Source: an uncultured delta proteobacterium
GTDB lineage: Bacteria; Desulfobacterota; BSN033; UBA1163
DNA: 64,000 nucleotides
Assembly: GCA_963827685.1 (NCBI GenBank)
Contig: CAWHBU010000002.1
Coordinates: 352,001-416,000, forward strand
Reading direction: 5' to 3'
A model generated the notes under the pieces. It was not told the origin of the DNA, searched no databases, and worked only from the letters and a program-made list of their open reading frames with translations. The translations under genes were made by a program, and so were the position numbers. Positions 20,266 through 30,861 of the stretch are shown piece by piece (positions within the stretch are counted from its first letter, which is position 1; each line of letters starts with the position of its first letter).

Positions 20266-20552
20266 AGGGAGAGTTGGTTGTTTAAAAAAATTTGTATCCT
20301 TTACTCGCGATCATTCAAAGTCAAAAACTCGGTGACAGCGAAAAATAGTTAACGCGGAGGCTATTTGTATACTTCTTCGGCATTGGTGAATGGTTCCGGG
20401 AAATTGGCGTATGGCTAATAATCTTGAGGGCCTCGAGGGTTGTCATAAACGTACTCATCTTGGACTTCGATGGGAGGCCATTAAGCGATACGTTCAGACA
20501 AACAAATGGAGGACTTTGTGGCCTCAGAATTGGCGAGTTTAAATAACGAAAT

Positions 20553-21695
20553 ATGAAGATTCTTCTTAATGGATTAGCCATCGTGTATCCGATTTCTGGA
20601 ATCGGTCAATATACGCTCCAGCTCGGTAGAGCTTTGGAAGCTCTTTTAGGTCCTGGAAAAATCTTTTGGTTTGGGGGAAATTCGTCGAGTGACAGGGATG
20701 ATCACCGTGATAATAAGGATTCGGGTTTAATCAATCGTATTCGTCATAGGCTAAAAAATGAGCTTCGTAAAATACCGGGTTTGAAAACACTGATTCACAC
20801 TTGGCGAAATAATCAATTTAGATCCTATAATCGAGGGATCAAGCCATCCCTGTATCATGAGACAAACTATGTTCCATTCTATTTCGAATACGGGCCCACC
20901 ATTATCACTGTTTGCGATCTTTCCTTCGTAAGGCATCCGGAGTGGCACCCGTCAGATAGGGTAAAATATTTTGAGAAATATTGTCTGAAAAAACTTTCTC
21001 AGATGGAAGCCGTTATCACCATTTCGGCCTTTAGCAAGAAAGAGATATTGAATTTGCTAAATGTGGATGGAGCCAAAATTTTTGTAACCCCTTTGGGGGT
21101 GGATCGAAGTTTTATGCCGAACGGGAAACGGATGCAAGGACTTCCAGATCAGTACCTCCTTTTCTTAGGGAACCTTGAACCTCGAAAAAATTTGCAAAGT
21201 CTGCTAACTGCCTACAGGTCTCTTCCCCGAAATTTGCGAGATCGATATCCTTTAGTGATAGCTGGAGCTAAAGCGTGGCCTACAAACAAATCGGAAAATA
21301 CGCTTCGTTCCTTTCGGGGAGATGAAAAAATCGTTTTTACTGGTTACGTTCCTCAAGTTCTGCTTCCCGATCTCTACAGGGGGGCATCGCTCTTTGTCTA
21401 TCCTTCCTTTTACGAAGGGTTCGGTCTGCCAGTGATTGAAGCGATGGCTTGCGGCGTACCCGTTTTAGCCTCAAATACAACTTCCCTTCCCGAAGTAGTA
21501 GGTGATGCCGGAATGCTCGTAAATCCTTATAATATTGATGAGCTTAGGGAAGGGATGATAAAGCTTCTGGACGATGAAAAAATGAGGATTGAAATGTCGA
21601 GCAGAGGTTTGGAAAGGGCTAAACTATTTTCATGGGATAAATGTGCCAAAGAAACCTTAGCCGTTTACGAAAAAGTTCTTGGTGAAAGGAGGTGA
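20553..21695 (+). CDS. GT4 glycosyltransferase (mannosyltransferase-like)
   Basis: [33 protein letters not shown]. Confidence 0.9.
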   Translation: MKILLNGLAIVYPISGIGQYTLQLGRALEALLGPGKIFWFGGNSSSDRDDHRDNKDSGLINRIRHRLKNELRKIPGLKTLIHTWRNNQFRSYNRGIKPSLYHETNYVPFYFEYGPTIITVCDLSFVRHPEWHPSDRVKYFEKYCLKKLSQMEAVITISAFSKKEILNLLNVDGAKIFVTPLGVDRSFMPNGKRMQGLPDQYLLFLGNLEPRKNLQSLLTAYRSLPRNLRDRYPLVIAGAKAWPTNKSENTLRSFRGDEKIVFTGYVPQVLLPDLYRGASLFVYPSFYEGFGLPVIEAMACGVPVLASNTTSLPEVVGDAGMLVNPYNIDELREGMIKLLDDEKMRIEMSSRGLERAKLFSWDKCAKETLAVYEKVLGERR

Positions 21696-21818
21696 GTTAT
21701 CTCGGTAGATGGTTTAATGGTGGTTCATTTGATTCATTGCGGGTTACTTTGCAAAAAAGCAAAAAAGTGAATTGAGATCATAGCTATTATCCATAACTGG
21801 CTTACTGGCATGGAGTGT

Positions 21819-23930
21819 TTATCTTTTCTCCTCGATAACAAGCGATTGTATCGCAATTGCCAACAAGCGTTCATCCTCATTTATTCCCAATTCCTTAGGG
21901 GTAGCGGCTCTGGGCAAATGGAATGCAATCTTCAAGATGTCGTGATTTAGGATGGATTTTGGAATTCCTATCGAATATTCTCCAAAACTCCTGATCTCCA
22001 ATGTACCCACGGCCTTGTCGTTGACTGAAACGGTCACTGTTTGTGAGGTGATATTCGCTCCGAGCAGGGGAGAGGCGCGCAATTTCAAAACCAGATCAGC
22101 GGTCGCCGGCATTACCCATAATCCAATAGAAGCGAGATTTCCCTCCGTCCAGGTAAAGCCGTCTTCCAGATCGGAAAATCCACCGCAGATTCCGTATTGG
22201 TTTGCGTTTCCATGTTTCCCAAATTTGATTTGATCTCCCCAAGCATATTTCTTTACCGATTTCTGAATGTCCGTGTAATGGGGAACCCACGAGCAGCCAT
22301 CCCAAGAATGACCTCGTATCTCAATTCTACTTTGCAATTCGTATTGATCCTTTTCCTTATCATATTTCGAATATAGGAAAAATAATCTCGGTTTCTCATC
22401 CCAGCGCCGTCCAAGAAAGGATTTCCCTGATGGATTTAAATTGATTTCCTGCTCTATTGCTTCTTTGAGATCTCCCAGACTCATAGGAACATCGTTGATG
22501 GTTAGATGACCCCTCCGCTGAAAGGGTTTGACTAAAACCAAGGGTATTCCGTTTGCCTGCCACCATTTGATATTCCGGCAGAAACCGTTAAACATCCCAT
22601 TCTCGGGTAATTTTATTTTCAGTCCCTGCGCTCCTGCTCCATGGTCGCCGATGATGAAAATCAGCGATTGGTCATAAACTCCACCCTCCGATAATTTTTG
22701 GAGGAAACGCGTAACAATTCTTAACGCCGCTTTAGCTTGTCTTTTAAAGCTCTCCCGGTTAGCGGGCATCCTTTCATATTCCAGGTTTTCATTCAGAACG
22801 AACGGCCTGTGTGGAATGGGGAGGTGGAAAAGTTTAAATGTTTTTGGTTGGTCCTGGAAAGCAAAGGGGGCATCCTGGAATTCCGTAGATTTCGAAATAT
22901 GATCTTCGTGAAGCCATTTCACGAGGATTTGATAATAGGTGAATTTGAAGAAATGAGGGAGACAATCAAAGATGGAGATTTCATACAGTTGTCGGCAGGA
23001 TGGAATCGCATATTCAAACGAGAAAAAAGGTTTTGGTCGTATGTTCGAGATCAGTCTCTCGTCAAAATAGACAGCATATCGGAGCTGGGGAAATAGATCA
23101 ACCGAATATCCCGCCTCTTTCAATTCCTTTAATATGGACTTTGTCAAGTAGATATCCGGTAGTTGCTTTTGAAAGGGCCGGCCGAGATCTAAATATTCAC
23201 CGGTTAGAATATTGAAAGTCGAAGTCTCGGTAAAAGGATACGTTGCTGCGGCGTTTCGGTAATAGGAAAAACCATCAAATGAATCGGCCACGGAGGGAGT
23301 TTCGCTGATAATTTCCTGGAAGACATCACTTTGAAAGGCGTCGAGAATTAACACGATAACATTTTTTTGCGTGGAAAAAGTGAATTTCCTTTCATTGGTT
23401 AACAAATATTTTTTAAAACTTGGCGTGTCCGGTTGGTTGATCAGCAGGATCGCGGCCGCGATAATTTGAATGGTCATGAGGACGAAGCTCCCCTTGATGA
23501 CGACTTTTTTGAATAACATTTCAAATTTGAAGATGCTCAAAGCAATTCCTAAAAGCCAGATCGGACTGTCGATGAGGCCATAGACTATTTTTCTGTTCCA
23601 ATCGATTGTTGCATCAAAGCTCCCGTATTCCCATGGTAAAAGATTTCCTTGGCACCAGAAAAGAACGGACAAGATGAATAAAAAGGAAATGACCTTTTTG
23701 TATAAAGTCCCATGCAATCGAGAAAGAAAGAGAAACAAACCTAAGTTGGCTAAGAGGAGGATCGGAAAGAGGAAGCGGCAAAGCTCACCAAATTGAAAGG
23801 GAAATTCTCGAGAATCATGTAAGTAAACAAATGCAGGACCGAAAAAAAGGAGGGTCAATGTGAAGGATAAAGAGATTAGAAAGGAAGTATAAGACTTATG
23901 ATCATGATTGTTATTCAATTTCGGTCTCAT
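21819..23930 (-). CDS. Membrane-anchored alkaline-phosphatase/sulfatase-fold enzyme (LtaS-like phosphotransferase; NoeB-like)
   Basis: About five N-terminal TM helices; VIVLILDAFQSD; YPFTETS (Thr at the nucleophile position, no CxPxR); HLPIPHRPF; IIGDHG; C-terminal beta-sandwich. Confidence 0.8.
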   Translation of the reverse strand: MRPKLNNNHDHKSYTSFLISLSFTLTLLFFGPAFVYLHDSREFPFQFGELCRFLFPILLLANLGLFLFLSRLHGTLYKKVISFLFILSVLFWCQGNLLPWEYGSFDATIDWNRKIVYGLIDSPIWLLGIALSIFKFEMLFKKVVIKGSFVLMTIQIIAAAILLINQPDTPSFKKYLLTNERKFTFSTQKNVIVLILDAFQSDVFQEIISETPSVADSFDGFSYYRNAAATYPFTETSTFNILTGEYLDLGRPFQKQLPDIYLTKSILKELKEAGYSVDLFPQLRYAVYFDERLISNIRPKPFFSFEYAIPSCRQLYEISIFDCLPHFFKFTYYQILVKWLHEDHISKSTEFQDAPFAFQDQPKTFKLFHLPIPHRPFVLNENLEYERMPANRESFKRQAKAALRIVTRFLQKLSEGGVYDQSLIFIIGDHGAGAQGLKIKLPENGMFNGFCRNIKWWQANGIPLVLVKPFQRRGHLTINDVPMSLGDLKEAIEQEINLNPSGKSFLGRRWDEKPRLFFLYSKYDKEKDQYELQSRIEIRGHSWDGCSWVPHYTDIQKSVKKYAWGDQIKFGKHGNANQYGICGGFSDLEDGFTWTEGNLASIGLWVMPATADLVLKLRASPLLGANITSQTVTVSVNDKAVGTLEIRSFGEYSIGIPKSILNHDILKIAFHLPRAATPKELGINEDERLLAIAIQSLVIEEKR

Positions 23931-25315
23931 CGGGCTTCGTGCTTTTCAAGAAAATAAATGGACCGGTCCGAACCCTCAATTTGTTTGGAAGATCTAATTT
24001 TGAAAAAAGGGGCGAGAGCTCTCTCAAAATGATCCTGAGTATAATCAGAAAAAATGTCCGTGCGGGATCTGAGAAGCCATTGTGCCCAGGAGTCACTTTT
24101 GGGGACATACTCGATGATTAACCATCGGCGACAAATGGCTGAAAAAAATTCCGCAATTTTCGATAAAGGCAGATTATTCGAGATCGCCAGATGATGAATC
24201 AATGCAAGGGCCATTACAAGGTCTGCCGGTCCTCGTTCGACCAGGGATGCCCTTTCTGCATTCCACCAGCCGATTGCCGGGGAAGGGTTGAAAAGATCGA
24301 CAATTAAAGGAAGCGTATATTTTTCTCCGTTGGCTTTGCCCCAAAGGTAATTCTTTTCTATCGCTCCTGGGTCTGCGTCCAAAGAGATGACGGGTACATT
24401 CCTTACGGCTGCGATCCGACTGAAAATGCCGATATTCGCACCAAGATCCCAAATGATCTTGGGCTGAATTTGTTGAATCATTTCAGAAACCAAAACTTTT
24501 TTGTGCTCAAATGATCGATCTTGATAGTTCATGTCTCGATCATACTCACTCCATTCCGTCCCTTTGGGCTTCCACTCTAAATGATTCACCGATGAAACAA
24601 GGCTATCGATGAGAGCGTAAAGTCTGGACTTGTGGATCTCGACCCTTTTTTTTGAGAATGTGCGAAAATATTTTTTCTGGACCCAGGCGTGAAGATGAAT
24701 ATGGAGGAGGAGAAAAAAATGGAGAAATGTTCTCTTAGGGAGGAGTTTCTGGGTAAGATCCAGCGGGAGCCCATCAAGAAAAACCTTTGTCAATTGGTTG
24801 AGCCGTACATCGGTCTGGCTCATGAGGGCAAGGGGAGCCAAAAAATGCTGGCAGAATTGACGGTAGCCGATCCAGGCTTGCCCTTCAACATATTTTGTGA
24901 AAGAAAGCGTATCGATTAGAATGGGTCCCCCATCCTTAAATTGGATATTGTAGGCGCTTGCATCCCTAAGGATACAACCATATTCTAACGCGATTCTCTG
25001 GATGTTGATCGTCGCCAGGGCAGCATCTTTCAGCTGGCTGAAGCACCACTCATACGGATAGGAAATGAAGGGGAGGAATTCCGGTCGAATAGTCTTAAAG
25101 AGAGTGGGGTCGTCATTGGGAAAGAGATGAACTTCTTGATGGGGCAAGAGGAGTTTCTCCCGGAGTAGCCTTTCGTAGAGACCCGTAGCAGTCAGTGCTT
25201 CATAATCTTCTTTAAAGGAAATGTTGATTCTTCTGTATAATTGCCCTTCATAGAAAAAGACGGAACCGCTGGGATCTCGAAAGGATCCAGGGTGTTGAAT
25301 CATGTCAGTCTTCAT
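23927..25315 (-). CDS. NoeA-like protein: kinase-like N-terminus plus SAM methyltransferase
   Basis: SFRDPSG, ISYPYEWCF, LRDASAYNIQF, LIDTLSF, WDLGANIG, MALALIHHL. Confidence 0.85.
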   Translation of the reverse strand: MKTDMIQHPGSFRDPSGSVFFYEGQLYRRINISFKEDYEALTATGLYERLLREKLLLPHQEVHLFPNDDPTLFKTIRPEFLPFISYPYEWCFSQLKDAALATINIQRIALEYGCILRDASAYNIQFKDGGPILIDTLSFTKYVEGQAWIGYRQFCQHFLAPLALMSQTDVRLNQLTKVFLDGLPLDLTQKLLPKRTFLHFFLLLHIHLHAWVQKKYFRTFSKKRVEIHKSRLYALIDSLVSSVNHLEWKPKGTEWSEYDRDMNYQDRSFEHKKVLVSEMIQQIQPKIIWDLGANIGIFSRIAAVRNVPVISLDADPGAIEKNYLWGKANGEKYTLPLIVDLFNPSPAIGWWNAERASLVERGPADLVMALALIHHLAISNNLPLSKIAEFFSAICRRWLIIEYVPKSDSWAQWLLRSRTDIFSDYTQDHFERALAPFFKIRSSKQIEGSDRSIYFLEKHEAR

Positions 25316-25520
25316 CGCAATTCTTCTTGAAGAACCTTCCGACCCATTTTTTCAATTTCAGCAAGTAGGTCCTCAAAAGAAACAGGCTGGTCACAATTGC
25401 CGCAATGATCGCTTGGACGATATAACTCCCGGTTCCAAGATCAATGTAGGCATGGGCCTTATTTGCTACCCCTAGTATCAAGATAACCGCTGTAACGAAG
25501 GAAACATACGTTTTGGACAT
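25305..25520 (-). CDS. Small membrane peptide with a YIDxGTGS motif
   Basis: Signal peptide ending AHA, then YIDLGTGS, a TM helix and a Lys/Arg-rich tail; overlaps the next gene start. Confidence 0.8.
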   Translation of the reverse strand: MSKTYVSFVTAVILILGVANKAHAYIDLGTGSYIVQAIIAAIVTSLFLLRTYLLKLKKWVGRFFKKNCDED

Positions 25521-25689
25521 AAGATTAAATCACTATAACCTTAATTGAGTTAAAAAAACATAACGAATTTTGCATAAATAACTGGAAAAGTCTTTTAAGA
25601 TCGGGGTAAAAGCAATGTGGACTCAAAACCAATACCCATCTCCAGAAAGGCTTCATAGATCAGATATAATAAACCGAGCTTAATTGCAA

Positions 25690-26135
25690 GAAGAAACAAA
25701 CTCCTTCCCAGAAAATTTATCCGGCAAGATAGGACCACCTATTCAGGATTAGCCTTAGTAGACCATGTGTTTCGGTTGTACCGGCTCCATGCCCGGATCA
25801 AAGAGACCTTTAAGCATTATCATTTTTCAGGGGATTCCCATATCGGCGATATCCTTTTTGTCCTCTTGGTGATGCTTCTTTTGGGAGCGGAACGGCTTCA
25901 GCATATTGATTACCTAAGGAGCGATCCTCTGTTCTGTCGGGTCGTGCGCTTGACACGGGTTCCTCATTGGACCAAGATCTCGACGGCCTTGAAACAATTT
26001 ACTTCGGATTCGTCAAAAGCCCTCATCGAGGCCAATGCCGAGTTGGTCATCGAGAAGCCTCGGTCCCTCGGCAGGATAGACATTACCCTTGATTTGAACG
26101 GGACCGTTGTCAGCACCAAAGGTCATCCCACATGG
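25690..26135 (+). mobile_element. IS1380-family transposase remnant (N-terminal fragment)
   Basis: TTYSGLALVDHVFRL, GAERLQHIDYLRSDPLF...VP, ITLDLNGTVV (first DDE Asp region); similarity ends after KGHPTW. Confidence 0.75.
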
Positions 26136-26363
26136 GAAAAGGAGCATGATGTTTTTATTTTTTGGAAAAAGGTCCAAAAAACCGGTAAACACTTTCGGGC
26201 AGACCTTGGTTGGGTTTCTCAAGGGACACAAAAATTACTTTCAAAAACATAAATTTGAATCCGGAAGGGAAATAAATCAACGTGGGTTTACAGTTGGATG
26301 ACACTTGCCAAAATTCAGAAAAAATGGTAGGAGACGGATGATATTGAAAGGAATGGGTCGATC

Positions 26364-27479
26364 ATGAAGATGGCTATTATCCACGACTGGCTCACTGGCA
26401 TGAGGGGAGGAGAGCGGTGTCTCGAAGTTTTCTGCGAGATTTTTCCCCAGGCTCATCTCTACACCCTGGTATACACCCCCGGCTCGGTTTCGTCTCTTAT
26501 CGAGCAGATGCCGATTAAAACCTCCTTCATCCAGAACCTCCCTTTTTCGAAAAGGGGGTACAGAAAATACCTCCCTTTATTCCCAATGGCTATCGAGCGT
26601 TTCAACCTGAAGGGATATGACCTGATCCTGAGCTGCAGCCATTGCGTGGCCAAAGGCATTATCCCCCCACCCGACGCGCTCCATATCTCTTATGTGCTCA
26701 CACCGATGCGATATGCCTGGGATATGTATGGAGAATATTTTGGGGAGAGCAAGAATAGAATGATCCCCTTTTTTCTTCATTATCTAAGGATGTGGGATGT
26801 GACATCGAGCCAGCGGGTGGATCATTTCATATGCATATCAAAACATGTGGAGAATCGGATAAAAAAGTATTATAGAAGGAAGGCTGAAGTCATCCGTCCT
26901 CCGGTGGATACTAAACGATTTAGACTTCAGGACAAAAAAGAGAATTATTTTCTTACCGTCTCCTCCTTTGCCCCTTATAAAAGAGTCGATCTGGCTGTGG
27001 AGGCTTTCAATCGATTGGGTTATCCTTTAAAAATTATTGGTTCCGGTCAGGATGAGAAAAGGCTCAGGTCGAAGGCCAAATCGAATGTGGAATTTTTGGG
27101 ATGGCTGCCGGACGAAGCGGTTGCGGACTGGTATTCGAGATGTCGAGCCCTGATCTTTCCCGGGGAAGAAGATTTTGGTATCGTCCCTCTCGAAGCGATG
27201 GCCTGTGGCAAGCCTGTGATTGCCTATGGTAGGGGAGGGGCATTAGAAACGATCGTCCCATATGGTCAAGAGGTCAAAGCCGGAGGAGAGACTGCGACAG
27301 GTCTTTTCTTTTATGAAGAGACCGTCGAGTCACTAATCGCTGTGGTGGAGCATTTTCTTCAAGTGGAGGGGAAATTCGATCCCTTGGCTATCAGGAGCCA
27401 TGCCCTTCAGTGGGATCGGGAAATTTTCAAAGGGAAGATTAGAAAAAGTATTTTTGAGAAGATGGAGTCAAAATGCTAA
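26364..27479 (+). CDS. GT4 glycosyltransferase
   Basis: IHDWLTGMRGGER, TPMRYAWD, YKRVDL, EEDFGIVPLEAMACG. Confidence 0.9.
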   Translation: MKMAIIHDWLTGMRGGERCLEVFCEIFPQAHLYTLVYTPGSVSSLIEQMPIKTSFIQNLPFSKRGYRKYLPLFPMAIERFNLKGYDLILSCSHCVAKGIIPPPDALHISYVLTPMRYAWDMYGEYFGESKNRMIPFFLHYLRMWDVTSSQRVDHFICISKHVENRIKKYYRRKAEVIRPPVDTKRFRLQDKKENYFLTVSSFAPYKRVDLAVEAFNRLGYPLKIIGSGQDEKRLRSKAKSNVEFLGWLPDEAVADWYSRCRALIFPGEEDFGIVPLEAMACGKPVIAYGRGGALETIVPYGQEVKAGGETATGLFFYEETVESLIAVVEHFLQVEGKFDPLAIRSHALQWDREIFKGKIRKSIFEKMESKC

Positions 27480-28879
27480 AAAAGCATGCCAAATTCTTCG
27501 AGTCTCTGTTTTTTATTTCGGACCTCCTCATCGTTTCCCTGGCATGGATTCTGTCCTACTTTTTAAGATTTTATTTAATCCCGATCAGACCTCCTATACT
27601 GGGAACTCCTCCTTTTCTGACTTATCTCGAATTCTTGCTACCTCTCTGGGTGATATGGAGTTTTACTTCAAATAGGTTCGGGTTATATCGGCCCCGGAGA
27701 ATGGAGCATTTCTCAAAGGAGGTTTTTGATATTGCAAAAAGTTTGACCTTTGGATCTGTTATTTTGATTGCGCTGATCTACCTTCTTAGAAGGTTTGAGT
27801 TTTCCAGATTGGCTTTTTTATACTTTTGGGAGATCGGCTTTTTGGGACTCATTTCAATGCGATATTTCACTCGAAGAACGCTGATGATGCTGAGGAGCAA
27901 AGGATATAATCAGCGGTTTGCCCTGATTGCCGGAACAGGTGAACTTGGCAAAAAAGTTTTGAAAAACACCGGGCTCTATCCTGAAATGGGGATCCAAATC
28001 ATTGGTTTTTTGACACGTCAAATGGAGGAAGTTGGGAAAAAGATCAAAAACATTCCCGTCATCGGCGTGTACGAAGACCTCGACAAAATTGTTGGCGAAA
28101 ATAGGGTTGACATCTTCTTTGTTGCCCTACCCATCCATGAATATCACTACTTCGAAAACCTTATCAAAAAAGTTCAGGGGCATTTATCAGAGATTAAGGT
28201 AGTGCCAGGATCCTATGAATTCCTGGGATTAAGAGGGGGTATGGATGCATTGGGTGACCTTCCGATTGTGAGTCTTCAAGGCTCACCTCTCTATGGTTGG
28301 GATAGTTTTTTCAAAAGGACATTCGATCTGGTATTAGGAATTCTGATATTGGTGATGATATCTCCTATCATGCTGGTCATCAGCCTTCTAATCAAATTAA
28401 CCTCTCAAGGCCCGATCCTTTATAAGCAGGGGCGGGTAGGATTTGACGGTCGTCTCTTTCAAATGTTTAAATTCAGGACAATGAAGAAGGATGCAGAAAA
28501 AGAGACGGGTCCTGTTTGGGCGAGAGAAAACGACTCAAGGCGTACGATGATCGGTGCGTTTCTAAGGAAAACCAGTTTGGATGAGCTTCCTCAGTTATTT
28601 AACGTACTCAAGGGAGAGATGAGCTTGGTTGGTCCCCGGCCGGAAAGGCCCAATTTTGTCGAAGAATTTAGGAATAGAATTCCACTTTACATGCTTCGGC
28701 ATAAAATCAAGGCTGGAATGACCGGATGGGCCCAGATCAATGGCTGGAGGGGAAATACCTCTCTTGAGAAACGGATCGAGCACGACCTTTATTATATTCA
28801 GAATTGGTCAATCGGTTTTGATGTGAGAATCTTGTTGATGACAATCTGGAAAGGTTTTTTCAGCAAGTCAGCTTGTTAG
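27473..28879 (+). CDS. wcaJ: Undecaprenyl-phosphate glucose phosphotransferase
   Basis: N-terminal TMs, Rossmann-like middle domain, KRTFD, KFRTM, LRKTSLDELPQL, MSLVGPRPER, GMTGWAQING. Confidence 0.88.
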   Translation: MLKKHAKFFESLFFISDLLIVSLAWILSYFLRFYLIPIRPPILGTPPFLTYLEFLLPLWVIWSFTSNRFGLYRPRRMEHFSKEVFDIAKSLTFGSVILIALIYLLRRFEFSRLAFLYFWEIGFLGLISMRYFTRRTLMMLRSKGYNQRFALIAGTGELGKKVLKNTGLYPEMGIQIIGFLTRQMEEVGKKIKNIPVIGVYEDLDKIVGENRVDIFFVALPIHEYHYFENLIKKVQGHLSEIKVVPGSYEFLGLRGGMDALGDLPIVSLQGSPLYGWDSFFKRTFDLVLGILILVMISPIMLVISLLIKLTSQGPILYKQGRVGFDGRLFQMFKFRTMKKDAEKETGPVWARENDSRRTMIGAFLRKTSLDELPQLFNVLKGEMSLVGPRPERPNFVEEFRNRIPLYMLRHKIKAGMTGWAQINGWRGNTSLEKRIEHDLYYIQNWSIGFDVRILLMTIWKGFFSKSAC

Positions 28880-28895
28880 TCGTGAAGTACGTGAC

Positions 28896-28938
28896 CGTGC
28901 CTGCACGCCGAAGTGCCTGCCTACGGCACGCAGGCGTG
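28896..28938 (+). repeat. Miniature repeat cgtgcctgcacgccgaagtg...gcaggcgtg
   Basis: Identical 20-mer at 28896, 37864 and (minus strand) 44157-44176. Confidence 0.85.
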
Positions 28939-29019
28939 ACCGTGTTCCGTGAACGCAATGAATTGATTTTTGCGGATACAATCTTAATTCAGGGGTGATG
29001 AACCCCTTTATGGGGGATT

Positions 29020-30528
29020 ATGATAAAGAATGAGAAATTTGATCTTACCATACTCATTCTGGTTTCCCTTCTTTTAACCACTTACCTTTTCTTCAGAACC
29101 TACGTGATCTCCTTAGACGGGGCTTTCCAATACATCCCTATTGCTAAGGACTTTGCATCGGGGTTTTTCAGAAGAGCCCTAAGCCACAACCAGCAACCCC
29201 TATACCCTTTGATCATTGCCTTTGTTTCTCGATGGGTGCCCGATTTCGAATTGGCAGGGAAATTTGTCTCATCCTTTTTTGGAATCTTGATTATTCTCCC
29301 GGTCTATTTTTTGGGAAAGCGAATATTTGACGAGAAAATAGCATTCCTTTCAGCTCTTCTCCTAACCATCCACCCTTATGTTCGGAGGTTTTCAGCAGAC
29401 GTTCTCAAGGAATCGAGTTACCTCTTCTTTCTTGTCACAGCCATCTGGCTTGCCTGGAGGACCATCCAAGATGAAAGGAAATACCCATTTCTTCTCATTC
29501 CAATTATCTCGGTTTTGGCTTATCTTGTCAGACCCGACGGGATTGAAGTTCTTTTGGTCGTCTTCTTTTATGTCCTCTTTTTTAAGAAATTCAGTATTCC
29601 GGGGAGAAAAAGAAGAGTTATCCTTCTTCTAACGATATCATCATGTTTACTATTGCTTCCGTACTTCTTCTATTTAAGAGACATTAGAGGTGAGTGGACA
29701 TTTGCTAAGGCTAAGAGCATCGCAGAAATGTTAGGGTTGGGAGTGCTGAAGGACGGAGTTCCCTTCACGCATAAGATTCTCTATAGCCTTAAGAGATTGA
29801 ATTTGGAAATCTTCATTATATCTCACCCCGTCTACATCTTTTTGCTGATCATCGGTCTTCTGAAAGGGATCTTTTCACGCTTTAAATCCGGAGAAGGTTT
29901 TCTTCTCTCTTTTTGCCTCTTGCATTATGTGGTCTCGTTCTTGTTGGTGTTGAACATCACGGAATGGGGTGGAAACGGAACGATTAAGGCAGTTCATTTG
30001 AGCGGCAGACACGTATTACCCTTACTTCTCTTCTCCATTTATTGGGTCGGAGAAGGGTTTGTGACGATCTCTAAGTGGATTTCTGAAAAGATAGGATCTC
30101 TTCTTTTATCTCCTCGATTCAAACCAAGAGAACGATCGGCGATTATTATTCTGACGCTGTTGGTCTTGATATTAGCCACCGTTCTCCCCAAGACTTTAAA
30201 GCCTCAGAGATATGAACGGTTGCCTGAGAAGTGGGCAGGAATTTGGATCAAAAGTCAATCTGGGAAAGGGATGATCATTTTCACAACGGTGCCTCGCGTT
30301 GCCTTTTATGCTGATGAAAACTATGAATATATCGATCTAAGAAAAAGCACAGTTAAGGAGGTTAAAACTTCTATGTTAGAAAAGAAAGCCTTGTATTTAG
30401 TGATGCGTGAAAAAGATGTTATCGATTACCCCGAAGGGGTTAAATTAATACAAGAAGATTTCGTTGAAGTAAATCGACTCGAACAGGAAGGAATGGAGAA
30501 GATTATTATCTATAAGATAATTCATTAG
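29020..30528 (+). CDS. ArnT/PMT-like (GT-C) membrane glycosyltransferase
   Basis: ISLDG..Y, QPLYPL, VYFLGKRIF, ADVLKES, LAYLVRPDG; many TMs. Confidence 0.82.
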   Translation: MIKNEKFDLTILILVSLLLTTYLFFRTYVISLDGAFQYIPIAKDFASGFFRRALSHNQQPLYPLIIAFVSRWVPDFELAGKFVSSFFGILIILPVYFLGKRIFDEKIAFLSALLLTIHPYVRRFSADVLKESSYLFFLVTAIWLAWRTIQDERKYPFLLIPIISVLAYLVRPDGIEVLLVVFFYVLFFKKFSIPGRKRRVILLLTISSCLLLLPYFFYLRDIRGEWTFAKAKSIAEMLGLGVLKDGVPFTHKILYSLKRLNLEIFIISHPVYIFLLIIGLLKGIFSRFKSGEGFLLSFCLLHYVVSFLLVLNITEWGGNGTIKAVHLSGRHVLPLLLFSIYWVGEGFVTISKWISEKIGSLLLSPRFKPRERSAIIILTLLVLILATVLPKTLKPQRYERLPEKWAGIWIKSQSGKGMIIFTTVPRVAFYADENYEYIDLRKSTVKEVKTSMLEKKALYLVMREKDVIDYPEGVKLIQEDFVEVNRLEQEGMEKIIIYKIIH

Positions 30529-30861
30529 CAGACTGCTGAAAAACGCCCCTGCCTGCCGGCAGGCAGGCGTCTGCGTCGTTGCCCTCCTCCTCGCCCTGTT
30601 AGATGAGCAGCTATATTTTGGAGAGAACCAGTGAAAATATCAGCTCTCAAATGGCTGCAAAACGAATCAGGATTCTATCTAACAGGGCAAGTCGTTGCGG
30701 CGTACAGCCAAGTACGCCTCACTCCTCAGGATTTCGGGGGCCCCACAAGCGGAATTTCGCAACGCTCAACTTGCGTCCGCCTGCGCGTAGTCGCTCTCGC
30801 CTGCCAAAGAACTTGTTCGGCGAGCAGGTCGGCGGAGGCAGGAGTATTTTTAAGCAGCCTG
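30529..30861. mobile_element. MITE-like element with nested insertions
   Basis: TIRs cagactgctgaaaaa / tttttaagcagcctg; internal 30691-30738 matches 63492-63539; contains palindrome 30548-30567 and TIR mini-element 30594-30687. Confidence 0.78.
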
